From contig CAVYHV010000014.1 in assembly GCA_963768425.1 (NCBI GenBank), positions 192,001 to 256,000 of the forward strand: DNA of 64,000 bases, written 5' to 3'. The notes under the pieces were generated by a model, which saw nothing but the letters and a program-made list of their open reading frames with translations, was not told the DNA's origin and searched no databases. This document shows positions 41,103 through 51,301 of this stretch, one piece after another. Positions within the stretch are counted from its first letter, which is position 1, and the number at the start of each line of letters is the position of its first letter. Source of the stretch: Candidatus Bathyarchaeota archaeon. GTDB taxonomy: Archaea; Thermoproteota; Bathyarchaeia; Bathyarchaeales; Bathycorpusculaceae. A program made the position numbers and the translations under genes.

Positions 41103-41921
41103 TTATTGACCTCCTTCAGCTTCTTCGGAAGCTTTACGTTTGGCGCGCGGTTTAGCCGCCGTCTTCTTAGCCGCTGCTTTTTTGGCAGGTGCTTCTTTTT
41201 CTACAGCGGTTTCCTTCGCTGCTGCCTTCGACTTTGCCATTTTCTTCGCGGGCGCCTTTTCTTCTTTTTCGGTTATTTTTTCTTCTGGAACCTCTTCTTT
41301 GGCAACGGGTTTCTTCGCAGTTTTTGCGGTGGGCTTCTTTGCTTGTGGTTTCTTTGCCGTTACTTCTTTAGGTGCTTCCTCAACTTCTGCGACTTCTTCG
41401 GCAGGAGTTTGTTCCTTCGCGATTTCAGGTGCTGCTTCTTCTGCTGGTTTTTCTTCAACGACTTCTTCGAGTTTTTCTGGTTGTACAGGTGCCTCTTTGG
41501 CAGTCTTCGGCGCTGCGGCTTTCGGCTTGGCTTCTTTCTCGGGCTTTTCTGCTTCTTTCTTTCTGGTAAGAATGTCTTTGCGCCATTTGTCTTCTAAGTT
41601 GAGGGTTCTTATTTGAACTTTAGATGGGTGAATGGGAAGGAAAATGTTGGTTCCATCAACTTTTTCCCGTGTTAATCCTTCCATGTAAATTCGGTATTCT
41701 TTTAAGGCGACGCGTGAAACTTTGCCTTCGAAACCCTTGTTATCTCCGCGCATGATGCGGACGGTGTCGCCTTTTCTGACTGGGAGAGTTTTGGCACCTC
41801 TTGAGGCAGCAAGCTCACTTGAAAGTGGAGCTGACATGAGCCTGTGACGAATATGGGCAGGAGCATTAAAAAGCCTCTTGCGTTGTTTGCCCGGATTTTT
41901 TACACGTTTTGTCTTCTGCAT
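41103..41921 (-). CDS. rpl24: 50S ribosomal protein uL24 with ~150-aa K/E/A/P-rich extension
   Basis: PGKQRK..FNAP.H, VRKGDTV.IMRGD, IHPSKV. Confidence 0.95.
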   Translation of the reverse strand: MQKTKRVKNPGKQRKRLFNAPAHIRHRLMSAPLSSELAASRGAKTLPVRKGDTVRIMRGDNKGFEGKVSRVALKEYRIYMEGLTREKVDGTNIFLPIHPSKVQIRTLNLEDKWRKDILTRKKEAEKPEKEAKPKAAAPKTAKEAPVQPEKLEEVVEEKPAEEAAPEIAKEQTPAEEVAEVEEAPKEVTAKKPQAKKPTAKTAKKPVAKEEVPEEKITEKEEKAPAKKMAKSKAAAKETAVEKEAPAKKAAAKKTAAKPRAKRKASEEAEGGQ

Positions 41922-41931
41922 AATCTTGCAC

Positions 41932-42372
41932 CTATACTATGATACTTGAGGCACTTGCGATTCTTGGCCATCTCTCGGCTGCCTCTCTTGCTACTGGACC
42001 CCTGATTTCTGAGCCTTTCATTTCGCCTTCGGGAGTTATGATTACTGCTGCATTGTCTTCAAACTGCACCCAGACACCGTCGACACGTCGGAAAGTTTTT
42101 CTTTGACGGACAACGACTGCTTGGAAAATCTTTTTCCTCATGTCGGGTGAACCTTGCCTAACAGAAACCGTGACTTTATCTCCTACAGTGGCCGATGGAT
42201 AACGTCTAAGCCTTCCTTTGTAGCCCATGGCTTGGATTAAACGTAGAACCCGTGCACCAGTATTATCGGCGCATTTCATTTCTGAACCTGCCAGTAAGCC
42301 ACGGCTAATCTTGTTTCCGTGCGAAAGCATGCCTTTTGCGGTTAGTGCTCTCTGTTTCGCTTTCGCCGCCAT
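41932..42372 (-). CDS. rpl14: 50S ribosomal protein uL14
   Basis: CADNTGA, AVVVRQRK, FEDNAAV, GPVAREAAERWP. Confidence 0.97.
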   Translation of the reverse strand: MAAKAKQRALTAKGMLSHGNKISRGLLAGSEMKCADNTGARVLRLIQAMGYKGRLRRYPSATVGDKVTVSVRQGSPDMRKKIFQAVVVRQRKTFRRVDGVWVQFEDNAAVIITPEGEMKGSEIRGPVAREAAERWPRIASASSIIV

Positions 42373-42373
42373 T

Positions 42374-42700
42374 TTACTTTTCCTCCTCTAGTTTTTCGAC
42401 TACAACAAACGACACGGTTTTGCTGATTGGTCTGCACTCTGCGATTCTTACTCGGTCGCCTTCTTTAACATCTATGCAAGGTGGATTGTGTGATGGGATG
42501 TGACCGTGCCTTCGTTCATATCTTTGGAATTTTGAGCTGAATTGCAAGAATTTCCTGTCAACTATGACTGTCTTATCCATTTTTGATGTTTGAACTATGC
42601 CGTCAAGTACACGTCCCCGTATTGCGAGTGTTCCGTGGAACGGGCAGTTTCGGTCTTCACATGTTTTTTTCGGTTGTTTAAAAGTCATTGACATTACCAT
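42374..42700 (-). CDS. rps17: 30S ribosomal protein uS17
   Basis: CPFHG, KMDKT, ECRPISKT. Confidence 0.97.
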   Translation of the reverse strand: MVMSMTFKQPKKTCEDRNCPFHGTLAIRGRVLDGIVQTSKMDKTVIVDRKFLQFSSKFQRYERRHGHIPSHNPPCIDVKEGDRVRIAECRPISKTVSFVVVEKLEEEK

Positions 42701-42975
42701 AACCTCTTAACGCTTTTTTTAAGTCGATCCTCTGTTCTGCCAACTAAAAGTTTACCGTCAATCTGCACAATTGTGCCATCTTCGAAATTGAAGTTGAAGA
42801 TGGCTGATTCTTTGATTATGCTTCGCCTTTGACCTTCGCCAAGGAAGGTGAAGGTGTTTCTTGTTTCCTCAATTACTTTGCCGCCGATGCCGATGTAATT
42901 TAAGTGCGGGCTGCTGGCGACTAAACCTTGAACGCCGATGAATTCGTGATTAATAATTTGAGGGGTTATTTTCAT
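42694..42975 (-). CDS. rnp1: Ribonuclease P protein component 1 (Rpp29/POP4)
   Basis: HEFIG, G.V..ETRNT, G..L.GR.EDRLK; canonical position before uS17. Confidence 0.93.
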   Translation of the reverse strand: MKITPQIINHEFIGVQGLVASSPHLNYIGIGGKVIEETRNTFTFLGEGQRRSIIKESAIFNFNFEDGTIVQIDGKLLVGRTEDRLKKSVKRLW

Positions 42976-43298
42976 TAAGCCTCGGTCTCCGCAGTTTCTT
43001 TTTTGGCCTTAGGCTTCTTCTCTGCCTTTTCGGCTTTCTCTGGCTTCTCGGCTTTCTGCTTTGGCTTTTCCTCTTCTAACACAGACCCTTTTCTTAATCC
43101 GAGTTTAATTTCGTTCTCCACGGTAAGTATCTGAGCGATTGTCTTGCGAATTTCTCTGACCCTTGTTGGGTTCTCAACGGCGCCGCCTGCTTTAACCATC
43201 GTTTTGATGCGGGCTTGTTCAACGCGTAAATCTATGAGCCGCTTTGTTCTGTCCTCAGCGGACATGCCTTGAATTTCTTTAAGACGAATTATCGCCAT
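42975..43298 (-). CDS. rpl29: 50S ribosomal protein uL29 with K/E-rich tail
   Basis: ENP..VREIRKTIAQILT. Confidence 0.95.
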   Translation of the reverse strand: MAIIRLKEIQGMSAEDRTKRLIDLRVEQARIKTMVKAGGAVENPTRVREIRKTIAQILTVENEIKLGLRKGSVLEEEKPKQKAEKPEKAEKAEKKPKAKKETAETEA

Positions 43299-44041
43299 TA
43301 CTCTTTTGCCTCCTCACCTTTAGGTTCATCCTGAACCTCTTTCGCCTGCACAGTTGGCCCTTCCGCAACCTCTTCTTTTTGTTGAGTCTGTGCTTCTACT
43401 GGCTTCGTTTCTTCCGCTATCGGAAGGGTTTCTTCTTCGGGCGGAGCTGCCTCGCAAATCTTTATTCTGTCAGGGAAAACTGCATCCGGCGGCATGATTT
43501 TTACGCGGACACCAATAATGCCTGGTTTAAGTTGAACGTGGGCCTCAGCTTTCTTCATAGCTATAAGTGCTGGTTCTCCACATCGTGGGAAGTAGCCTGC
43601 ACGGAACTTTTCGAAGCGTGCCCGTTCAGTCGTGAGTTTGCCACTTATGACTATTTCGGCGCCAAGGGCACCTGCTTCCATAACTTGATTGAGCGCCCAA
43701 AAGCCTGCGCGCCTAAAGTGAACACCGCGTTGAAGCGCTGACGCAACACGTGATGCAATAACATAGGCGTTGAATTCAGGAACCTCAATTTCAGAGACTG
43801 AAATCTGAGGGTTAGCAACTTTGAAGTTTTGTTCCAGCGAAGAGGCAAGTTCCTTTATGGTTTCGCCACCTCTCCCTATAACTAAGCCTGGACGCATCGC
43901 GTAAATAACCACGTGGGTTCCAAGCGGGGTTTTAGAGATGTTTACTCCGCCGTATCCAGCTCGATCAAGTTTTTTCTGTAAAAACTCATCAATTTCCGTT
44001 TTTTTGATTGCTTCTGTGATGAAACGTTTGACTATACTCAT
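43298..44041 (-). CDS. rps3: 30S ribosomal protein uS3 with acidic tail
   Basis: RAGYGG, RPGLVIGRGG (KH), GAEIVISGKL, GIIGVRVKIM. Confidence 0.97.
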   Translation of the reverse strand: MSIVKRFITEAIKKTEIDEFLQKKLDRAGYGGVNISKTPLGTHVVIYAMRPGLVIGRGGETIKELASSLEQNFKVANPQISVSEIEVPEFNAYVIASRVASALQRGVHFRRAGFWALNQVMEAGALGAEIVISGKLTTERARFEKFRAGYFPRCGEPALIAMKKAEAHVQLKPGIIGVRVKIMPPDAVFPDRIKICEAAPPEEETLPIAEETKPVEAQTQQKEEVAEGPTVQAKEVQDEPKGEEAKE

Positions 44042-44527
44042 TTATTTTTCTCCTGAAGTGGGTTTCTCATCAAGCACTATTTCGACATGCGTTGTCGTGT
44101 CGAATTTCGGTGAAGACCTGCCCTGTGCTCTCGGCTTGAAGCGTTTAAGTTTGATGCCTTGATATGCAGCTGCATGAATTATGCGTAGACGGTCAACATC
44201 TAAACTTTTGTTTTCAGCATTTGCTTGAGCTGACTGCAAAACATTCAAAATTACGCCGCATGCTTTAATCGGGTATCTACCGGAAAAACTGTTAACTTGC
44301 CCATGCCTGTGAGGCAGCTTCTTGTTATATCTCATGTAAGGGATTGATTTCTTTTTAGCTTGTACGTCCCGGAGATATTGTTTGGCATTGGTCAACATCA
44401 TGCCTTTTATGGCGTGGCAAACCTCACGTGATGCTTTATGGGATACTTTAAGTTCTCTGCCGCTTGCTTTCGCTGTTTTTTCTTCGTTGAGCATTTCGTC
44501 GATTACTGAGTATCCCCATTTTGGCAT
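44042..44527 (-). CDS. rpl22: 50S ribosomal protein uL22
   Basis: VSHK..REVC..IKG, GRYP.KA, NAE.K, PRAQGR, HVEIVL. Confidence 0.97.
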   Translation of the reverse strand: MPKWGYSVIDEMLNEEKTAKASGRELKVSHKASREVCHAIKGMMLTNAKQYLRDVQAKKKSIPYMRYNKKLPHRHGQVNSFSGRYPIKACGVILNVLQSAQANAENKSLDVDRLRIIHAAAYQGIKLKRFKPRAQGRSSPKFDTTTHVEIVLDEKPTSGEK

Positions 44528-44833
44528 TTTTATATCTCCGATGCGCATTCAAACACGTAAAAGCAATTTATATGGCTTTCCGTATCAAAACAAAAGTTTT
44601 CGACAGAGTCGACTACTTTAGTTAGCCCTTGAATCAGGGCGTGTTCGTCTGTGAGGTGTGCAAGTTTTGGATAACACTTTTGCCTTTTATAGTTTTCCCA
44701 AAGAACACCAAAACTCCAGAGAAGCAGAAAAACTGGGATCTTTCCCCATGGATTGCAAAAACTTGTTTTGAGCTGCGATTTGTTTATGTTTAACTTAATT
44801 GCTATTGCATCTGTTAATCGGGAAGCAACTGAA

Positions 44834-45901
44834 ATGTCAAGCAAAAACGAGAAAATCACGATGCTGCATGGCGCAGGCGGCACAGTCATGCATAACTTGG
44901 TAAAAAATTACATTGTGAAGTATTTCGGCGGCTTAGGTAACTACGCTGAAGTCCCGCTGGAAGCCATGGATGACGCAGCAGTCATAGGCGACATTGTTTT
45001 CAAAAGCGATTCCCACGCGGTTAAACCCATATTTTTCCCAGGCGGCGACATCGGACGCTTGGCCATTTCAGGCACGGTTAACGACATTTCGGCTATGGGA
45101 GCGCAACCGTACGCGTTGGCTTGTGGATTCATCTTGGAAGAGGGGTTACTGCTATCGGATTTAGAACGGATCCTATCAAGCATGCATGACACATGCGCTG
45201 AAGCGGGCGTCGGCATAGTCACAGGTGACACGAAAGTTGTTGAGAAAGGCGCCCTTGGAGGTTTAGTTATGAACGTTTCAGGCATAGGCAAGCGAACCCC
45301 CGCGCTGGAAAGCAACTTCCATGTGGCAAATCAATACCGCAAAGTTGCCAGCCGTTGGACGTTAGACTCAAACCTTGTGGAAGGCGACAAAATCATTCTC
45401 ACAGGCACAATTGGCGATCATGGGCTCGCCGTGCTTTCCGCACAGCAAGGACTTAAGTTTGGAAGCGAAATAAAATCCGACGTAAGACCATTAAACCGCA
45501 TGCTTCAGCAATTGTTTGCACAAATAGGGGGGGTTATTTCTGTAAAAGACCCGACGCGTGGCGGCTTGGCTGACGCACTCAACGAGTGGACGGAAAAATC
45601 CAAAGTCGGCATACTAGTCCACGAAGAAAAGGTTCCCATCCGTGAAGACGTTCAAACGGCATGCGACATGCTCGGCTTAGACCCCTTGGAAGTTGGCAAC
45701 GAAGGCAAATATATTATCGGGGTTGTCAAAGAAAAAGCGCAAGCGGCCCTGGAATTTGTGAAAAAAACAGATGAGGGAAAGAACGCGCAGATAATCGGGG
45801 AAGCCACAAGTCAATTCAAAGGCGTCGCCATGCAAACCCAGGTCGGCGGCAAAAGAATAATCGCAAGGCCCATCGGGGATCCCGTACCAAGAATCTGCTA
45901 A
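44834..45901 (+). CDS. hypE: Hydrogenase maturation protein HypE
   Basis: HGAGG, FFPGGDIG, GTVND, TGDTKV, DPTRGG, C-terminal PRIC. Confidence 0.96.
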   Translation: MSSKNEKITMLHGAGGTVMHNLVKNYIVKYFGGLGNYAEVPLEAMDDAAVIGDIVFKSDSHAVKPIFFPGGDIGRLAISGTVNDISAMGAQPYALACGFILEEGLLLSDLERILSSMHDTCAEAGVGIVTGDTKVVEKGALGGLVMNVSGIGKRTPALESNFHVANQYRKVASRWTLDSNLVEGDKIILTGTIGDHGLAVLSAQQGLKFGSEIKSDVRPLNRMLQQLFAQIGGVISVKDPTRGGLADALNEWTEKSKVGILVHEEKVPIREDVQTACDMLGLDPLEVGNEGKYIIGVVKEKAQAALEFVKKTDEGKNAQIIGEATSQFKGVAMQTQVGGKRIIARPIGDPVPRIC

Positions 45902-46986
45902 GCCTGAACTGCTACGTTTTTCGCCCAGACCCTGCAAGTTCCTTCATTGCTAACCATGCATGCGCCGACAGGTTTCTCAGGCGAACATCCTTTTAGAAAC
46001 ATGGGGCACTCGTTGGGTCTGATTTTTCCAATGATGACAAGGTGACATTCGCAGCCTAAAAGTATGTCTTTACCTTGTTCAACATGAACACCATGCTTGA
46101 GTCTAGGATCATGATCTGCAAACGCCTCACGCAACTGCAAGGCTGAATCTGGAAGCCTGCCGATACCACGCCAGTTCCCAGCAGTAACCGTGAAGGCCGC
46201 CTTTATCATTTCTTGCGCTTTAAGATTGCCGTCAGGCTTAACAACACGGGGGTACTCATTCTCCAACCGCGCCGTTCCCTCGGCCTGCTGTTTAACGATC
46301 ATGTAAATCGACATCAAAACATCAATCGGCTCAAAACCAGCCACAACTGTGGGCATCCGATAAACCCGCGGAAACAGCTCGTAAGGTTTAAGACCGATAA
46401 TGGCGCTCACATGCCCAGGCGCAATGAATCCGTCAATCTCCAGGTCACCAACACCAAGAAGCAACTCCATGGCTGGCGGAATCAAACGGTGAGAAACAAG
46501 AAAGCTAAGGTTTTTGGGCGGATTGTTAAGCGCTTCAACCGCCGTTGACGGGGCCGTGGTTTCGAAGCCCACAGCGAAAAAGGCGAATGGCTTGTTAGGT
46601 TCCCGTTTGGCCATTTCAACAGCGTCGCTGACGGCATAGACTATTCGGACATCCGCTCCAGAGGCTTTAGCTTCCAAAAGAGACATCTGACTTCCAGGCA
46701 CACGCAAAACGTCTCCGAAACATGTTACCACAACGCCCATTTTCGCCAATTGCACGGCTTCGTCTATTTCAGCCGCGGGCACGATGCAAACGGGGCAACC
46801 GGGTCCAGCGATAACTTCAACGCCGTTGGGCAAAAGGCTTCGTAAACCAAAATGCGTGATTGTCCACTCATGTGTACCGCAGACGTGGCAGATTTTGGTT
46901 TTTCCAGCCTTTGGCGCTAAACCTTTAATTTTTGCAGCAATGTTTTGGGCGAACTGGGGGTTTCGGAACTTCAGGTTTTCAGCCAT
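45898..46986 (-). CDS. hypD: Hydrogenase maturation protein HypD
   Basis: CGTHE, GPGCPVC, GFETT, PGHVS, GACMVS.EG.C. Confidence 0.97.
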   Translation of the reverse strand: MAENLKFRNPQFAQNIAAKIKGLAPKAGKTKICHVCGTHEWTITHFGLRSLLPNGVEVIAGPGCPVCIVPAAEIDEAVQLAKMGVVVTCFGDVLRVPGSQMSLLEAKASGADVRIVYAVSDAVEMAKREPNKPFAFFAVGFETTAPSTAVEALNNPPKNLSFLVSHRLIPPAMELLLGVGDLEIDGFIAPGHVSAIIGLKPYELFPRVYRMPTVVAGFEPIDVLMSIYMIVKQQAEGTARLENEYPRVVKPDGNLKAQEMIKAAFTVTAGNWRGIGRLPDSALQLREAFADHDPRLKHGVHVEQGKDILLGCECHLVIIGKIRPNECPMFLKGCSPEKPVGACMVSNEGTCRVWAKNVAVQA

Positions 46987-47006
46987 ACCGACACCTCAAC
47001 GTGAGT

Positions 47007-47228
47007 TTATTGACCAGCTTCAAGAATGCTGTTCCACAAGTTCAAGGTTTCTTTTGCTTCTTCCTCTTCGATAATCTGAATAGCGTAGCCTGCGTGGACC
47101 AGAACATAATCGCCCACTTTCGCTTCTACAAGAGTTACATTAACCTCTCTCAGAACGCCTTGACCAAAATCCACGTTGGCTTTTTCGCCTTGGAGGTTCA
47201 TCACCTTAGCGGGAATAGCTAAACACAT
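47007..47228 (-). CDS. hypC: Hydrogenase chaperone HypC
   Basis: MCLAIP, GDYVLVHAGYA. Confidence 0.97.
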   Translation of the reverse strand: MCLAIPAKVMNLQGEKANVDFGQGVLREVNVTLVEAKVGDYVLVHAGYAIQIIEEEEAKETLNLWNSILEAGQ

Positions 47229-47276
47229 AACTATCAACTAATAGAGCCGTTGAAACGACGATAAAAAGAGATTGGT

Positions 47277-49559
47277 CTAAAACCGTGAAAAACCGCCTAC
47301 AACAGCCTGACCAAACGAAACCCCGCCATCGCCTGCTGGAACAGCCTCATGAACAAGAAAACGAAGGCCAGCATCCTCAACCGTTTTACGCACCACTTTA
47401 GCAAGAATCTGGTTACATGCGGCGCCGCCTGAAAAACCGATGCTTTTGACACCAAGAACCGTGGCTTTTTCCAACGCCAATAAGCCGAGACCTTTTGCCA
47501 AGTAAGCATGTGTGGAGTAAGCTAAATCGGCGGTGGGAAAATCTGCTTTCTTTTCGAAAACTAACCTCAAAAGGTTTGCAGTTTCCAGTGTTTCGCCGTG
47601 AAAAACAGGCTTAAGCTTCAAAATGTCCTTGCCCTTTAGTGCGGCGGATTCTAGTTTCATCGCGGGTTCCCCCTCGTAACTTCGCTCGTAACAAACGCCT
47701 AAAACAGCTGCAGCAGCGTCAAGAACCCGTCCGCAACTCGTTGTTTCAATCAACCCAGAACCTTTCCCGAGTTGACTGAGAATTAGATTAGCTTCGGTTT
47801 CGCCGAAAGGCAAATGCGACTTGTTTTCCATCAGCCAAAGCGCAACGTCTACGCCTGCCTTCGCAAGCATTCCAGCAGCCAAACGGAGCGGAAAACGGCT
47901 CGCGACGTCTCCTCCGAGCAAGGGCTGAGACTCCAGATGCCCCAATCGCTTAAACTTTGACGACTCGCGCGTGCAGAACAATATTTCTCCTCCCCAAGCG
48001 CCTCCATCTGAGCCGTAACCATACCCATCGCAAACTACGCTAACAGCTTCCTCCAAATTATTCTCAGCCATCAATGCTGCAGCGTGAGCATGATGATGCT
48101 GAACTTGAACAAGAGGTAATCCTTCAGCCTCTGCCATTTCCTTCGCAAGAGCTGTCGTCGTGAATTTAGGATGCAGATCGCAAACAACAGTTTCAGCATG
48201 GCAGTTAGTCAAATGATAAAGATGATTTGCTGCTTCCTGCAGAAAGGCGCGGGTCTCTACGTTTTCAACGTCACCGATGTGTTGGCTGATAAACGCTTTG
48301 TCTTCAAATAAGACGCAAGCTGTATTGTTGAGTTCACCGCCTAACCCGACCACGCAACGCTTTGATTTCGTCTTAAGCCTCACAGGCGTCGGAGCGTAAC
48401 CTCTGCTTCGCCTAAGAAAGACTTGGCGATTTCCATGGACACGCATGACTGAGTCGTCGCATCGATGAGCAATTTTGCGGTTATGAAACAAAAAATAATC
48501 TACTGTGCCGCCCAAAGTTTTGAGGGCTTCCTCATTGTCGTATACAATGGGTTGGTTCGGGGGGTTGGCGCTGGTCATGACAAATGCGGGATCACCAACT
48601 CTGTCAAAGAGCATATAGTGCAAGCCAGTATAGGGCAACATGACGCCGACGTTATGCAGGTTCGGGGCAGTTAGAGGAGAAAGATTGTATTCTTTGCTTT
48701 TGTTAAGCAGCACGATTGGCCGCATCGAGGATTGCAACAGCTCCTGCTCTTTCGAGCCTACTTCGGCAAAGATTTTCGCTACCTCTATGTTTTTTGCCAT
48801 CACTGCGAAGGGTTTTTCGCGCCTGTGCTTCGTTTTTCGAAGCATCATCAGAGGCTTGTCCCGCATGACTGAGCAGGCAATATGGAATCCGCCGTACCCC
48901 TTTATCGCCAAGATATTGCCTTCAGAAAGAAGCTTTCCCGCTTCCCGCACAGGGTCTTTGACGTCCACGGGTTCGCCGCTGCATGTTGTAAGGTAAGCTT
49001 TTGGTCCGCAGGGAGGACAAGCCACAGTTTGGGCGTGAAACCTCCTGTTTGCGGGGTCATCGTACTCGCGCTGGCAAAAACCGCAAAGCGGAAACTCTCG
49101 CATAGTGGTATTTTCGCGGTCGTAAGGCAACCGCTCGATAATCGTGAAACGCGGCCCACAATTGGTACAGGTGATAAAAAAGTATTCGTACCGTGGGTTT
49201 TTGGGGTCACGAAGTTCGGCGAGGCATTCGTTGCAAATCGCGATGTCAGGCGGTATAATTGAACCTGAAAGCTCCGCCTCAGCGGAACTTTTCCATATCA
49301 TAAATTCGCTGAACTGGTTTGCGCCTGAAAGCTCAACTGACTTGACTCGTTCAATCTGCGCATTCGGCGGCTTCTTCTGGGTTAGGTTACGCATGAAACT
49401 CTTAACATTTTGCGCTTCGCCCTCCAACAGGATTTCAACCCCTGCATCGCCCCTATTCCGAACGTACCCGGCTAAACGGTTTGCGACTGCAATTCTGTAA
49501 ACAAAGGGGCGGAACCCTACGCCTTGAACGATACCAGTAACGTTGAGTTTTACGCGCAA
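47277..49559 (-). CDS. hypF: Carbamoyltransferase HypF
   Basis: GIVQGVGFRPF, Zn fingers, RRFHAQ, QHHHAH, DG.GYG, GDGG.S.GQ. Confidence 0.97.
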   Translation of the reverse strand: MRVKLNVTGIVQGVGFRPFVYRIAVANRLAGYVRNRGDAGVEILLEGEAQNVKSFMRNLTQKKPPNAQIERVKSVELSGANQFSEFMIWKSSAEAELSGSIIPPDIAICNECLAELRDPKNPRYEYFFITCTNCGPRFTIIERLPYDRENTTMREFPLCGFCQREYDDPANRRFHAQTVACPPCGPKAYLTTCSGEPVDVKDPVREAGKLLSEGNILAIKGYGGFHIACSVMRDKPLMMLRKTKHRREKPFAVMAKNIEVAKIFAEVGSKEQELLQSSMRPIVLLNKSKEYNLSPLTAPNLHNVGVMLPYTGLHYMLFDRVGDPAFVMTSANPPNQPIVYDNEEALKTLGGTVDYFLFHNRKIAHRCDDSVMRVHGNRQVFLRRSRGYAPTPVRLKTKSKRCVVGLGGELNNTACVLFEDKAFISQHIGDVENVETRAFLQEAANHLYHLTNCHAETVVCDLHPKFTTTALAKEMAEAEGLPLVQVQHHHAHAAALMAENNLEEAVSVVCDGYGYGSDGGAWGGEILFCTRESSKFKRLGHLESQPLLGGDVASRFPLRLAAGMLAKAGVDVALWLMENKSHLPFGETEANLILSQLGKGSGLIETTSCGRVLDAAAAVLGVCYERSYEGEPAMKLESAALKGKDILKLKPVFHGETLETANLLRLVFEKKADFPTADLAYSTHAYLAKGLGLLALEKATVLGVKSIGFSGGAACNQILAKVVRKTVEDAGLRFLVHEAVPAGDGGVSFGQAVVGGFSRF

Positions 49560-49623
49560 AGAATAACCTGCTATAACTCAAAACAGAGGTTTTCTCTTAT
49601 ACATTTCGACAATCCTTTAGGAT

Positions 49624-51257
49624 TTACCGTTTTTCTTCCCGAAGCTGGCGCCTCAAAACTTTGCCCGCTGAACTAACAGGCAGGTCTTTCCTAAATTCCA
49701 CTTCGCGGATCGCCTTATACGGTGCCACCTTGTCGTTGACGAACGATTTGATTTCTTCCGCCGAAACCAACGCGCCTTCTTTCAGCACTATGAAAGCCTT
49801 CGGGATCTCGCCTGCCAACGGGTCAGGTTTCCCTATGACTGCGCATAGCTTAACGGCTGGGTGCTCGTAGAGGAGGTCTTCGAGGTCCCGCGGGTAAACG
49901 CTGTAGCCACAGTATTTGATGAGGTCTTTTTTGCGGTCGGTAATGTAGAAATAGCCATCCTTATCCATGTGCGCGATGTCCCCAGTGAGAAGCCACCCGT
50001 CATGCAGAACCAAAGCTGTTTCCTCCGGCATACGCCAGTAACCCTTCATAACCTGAGGTCCCTTCACCTCAAGCTCCCCTGTCTCGCCCACACCAAGAGT
50101 TTTTGCCGCTGAGCCTAAATCCACTATTCGCGCATCTGTATCTGGCAGGGGCAAGCCGATTGACCCAACTTTCAACATTTTCAAGCTGCTATCAATGGGG
50201 TTGCAGTGGGTAACAGGGGACGCCTCCGATAAACCGTATCCTTCAACTAAAGATCCGCCTGTCGCCTGCGTGAATTGTTTTTGGGTTTGCGGCGGCAACG
50301 GTGACGCGCCTGAAATGCAGACCCGAATCGAAGTTAAGTCATATTTCCCCAGTTCGGGGTTAGCTAAAAGCGTCGAGTACATGGTTGGGACACCACAGAA
50401 AACCGTGACCCTATGCTTTTGGATAGCTTCTAAGGCTTTGGCTGGCTCGAACCTGTGGCATCAAAACCATTTTTGCCGCTAAGCTGATGGGTACAGTCAT
50501 ACTTGTTGTCATGCCGTAGATATGGAAGAGGGGCAGCGCTGTTAGGAAGGTTTCTTGGGCTGTTGTGCCCTTTATCCAAGCGGCGAAGGATAATGCATTG
50601 GATAGGAGGTTGGTATGGGTTAGCATGGCGCCTTTGGCTGTTCCCGTAGTGCCGCCCGTATACTGCAACGCTGCTAAGTCTTCGTTTGGGTTCAATTTCA
50701 CGTTTGGAGGATTGCTTGGTTCTTTTTCTGATAAAGCTTGGAAAGCTATAGTGTTTGGAACATCAATGGGGCGGGTTTTTTTATAGCAATATTCATCTAG
50801 GCCTGTCACTATGACGTTTTTCAGCTTGGTTTTTTGCTTAACTTTTCGCTAAAGTTGGATAAAGCGAATCCAGCGCCACAATGGTTTGTGCTCCTGAATC
50901 TTTCAGTTGGTACTCAACTTCGCGTTCCCGATAAAGAGGGCTTATGGCCGTTACAACCGCTCCTGCCTTGAGCACTCCAAAATAGGTAATTATGAACTGA
51001 GGAATATTGGGCAAAAAAATTGCAACACGGTCGCCTTTTTTCACGCCTAACTTGACAAGAGAAAGGGCAAACTGGTTTGAAAGCGTATCCAACTGGGCAT
51101 AAGTGATTTCCCGCCCGCCATAAATTATGGAAGTTTTTTGCGGAAATTCTTTTGCGCATTTGTGAAGGATTTCTTGGAGAGGAACCTGTGGGAACTCTAA
51201 GTGTTTTGGCACTTGGGTAGGCCACGAGTTAAACCACGATGCGTTTTTTTGAGGCAA
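49624..51257 (-). CDS. Long-chain-fatty-acid--CoA ligase family (AMP-binding), two frameshifts (~50840, ~50455)
   Basis: YTGGTTG.AKG, EGYGLSE, TGD, DRKKD, GKVLRR. Confidence 0.9.
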
Positions 51258-51301
51258 GACACTTCGCGTTACATTATGAGTGAATAGGTTAAAACCTTAC
51301 C

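Noticed and set aside
36758-41616. F/S/L-rich plus-strand ORFs opposite ribosomal genes
   Set aside because: Antisense shadows of K/E/A-rich tails
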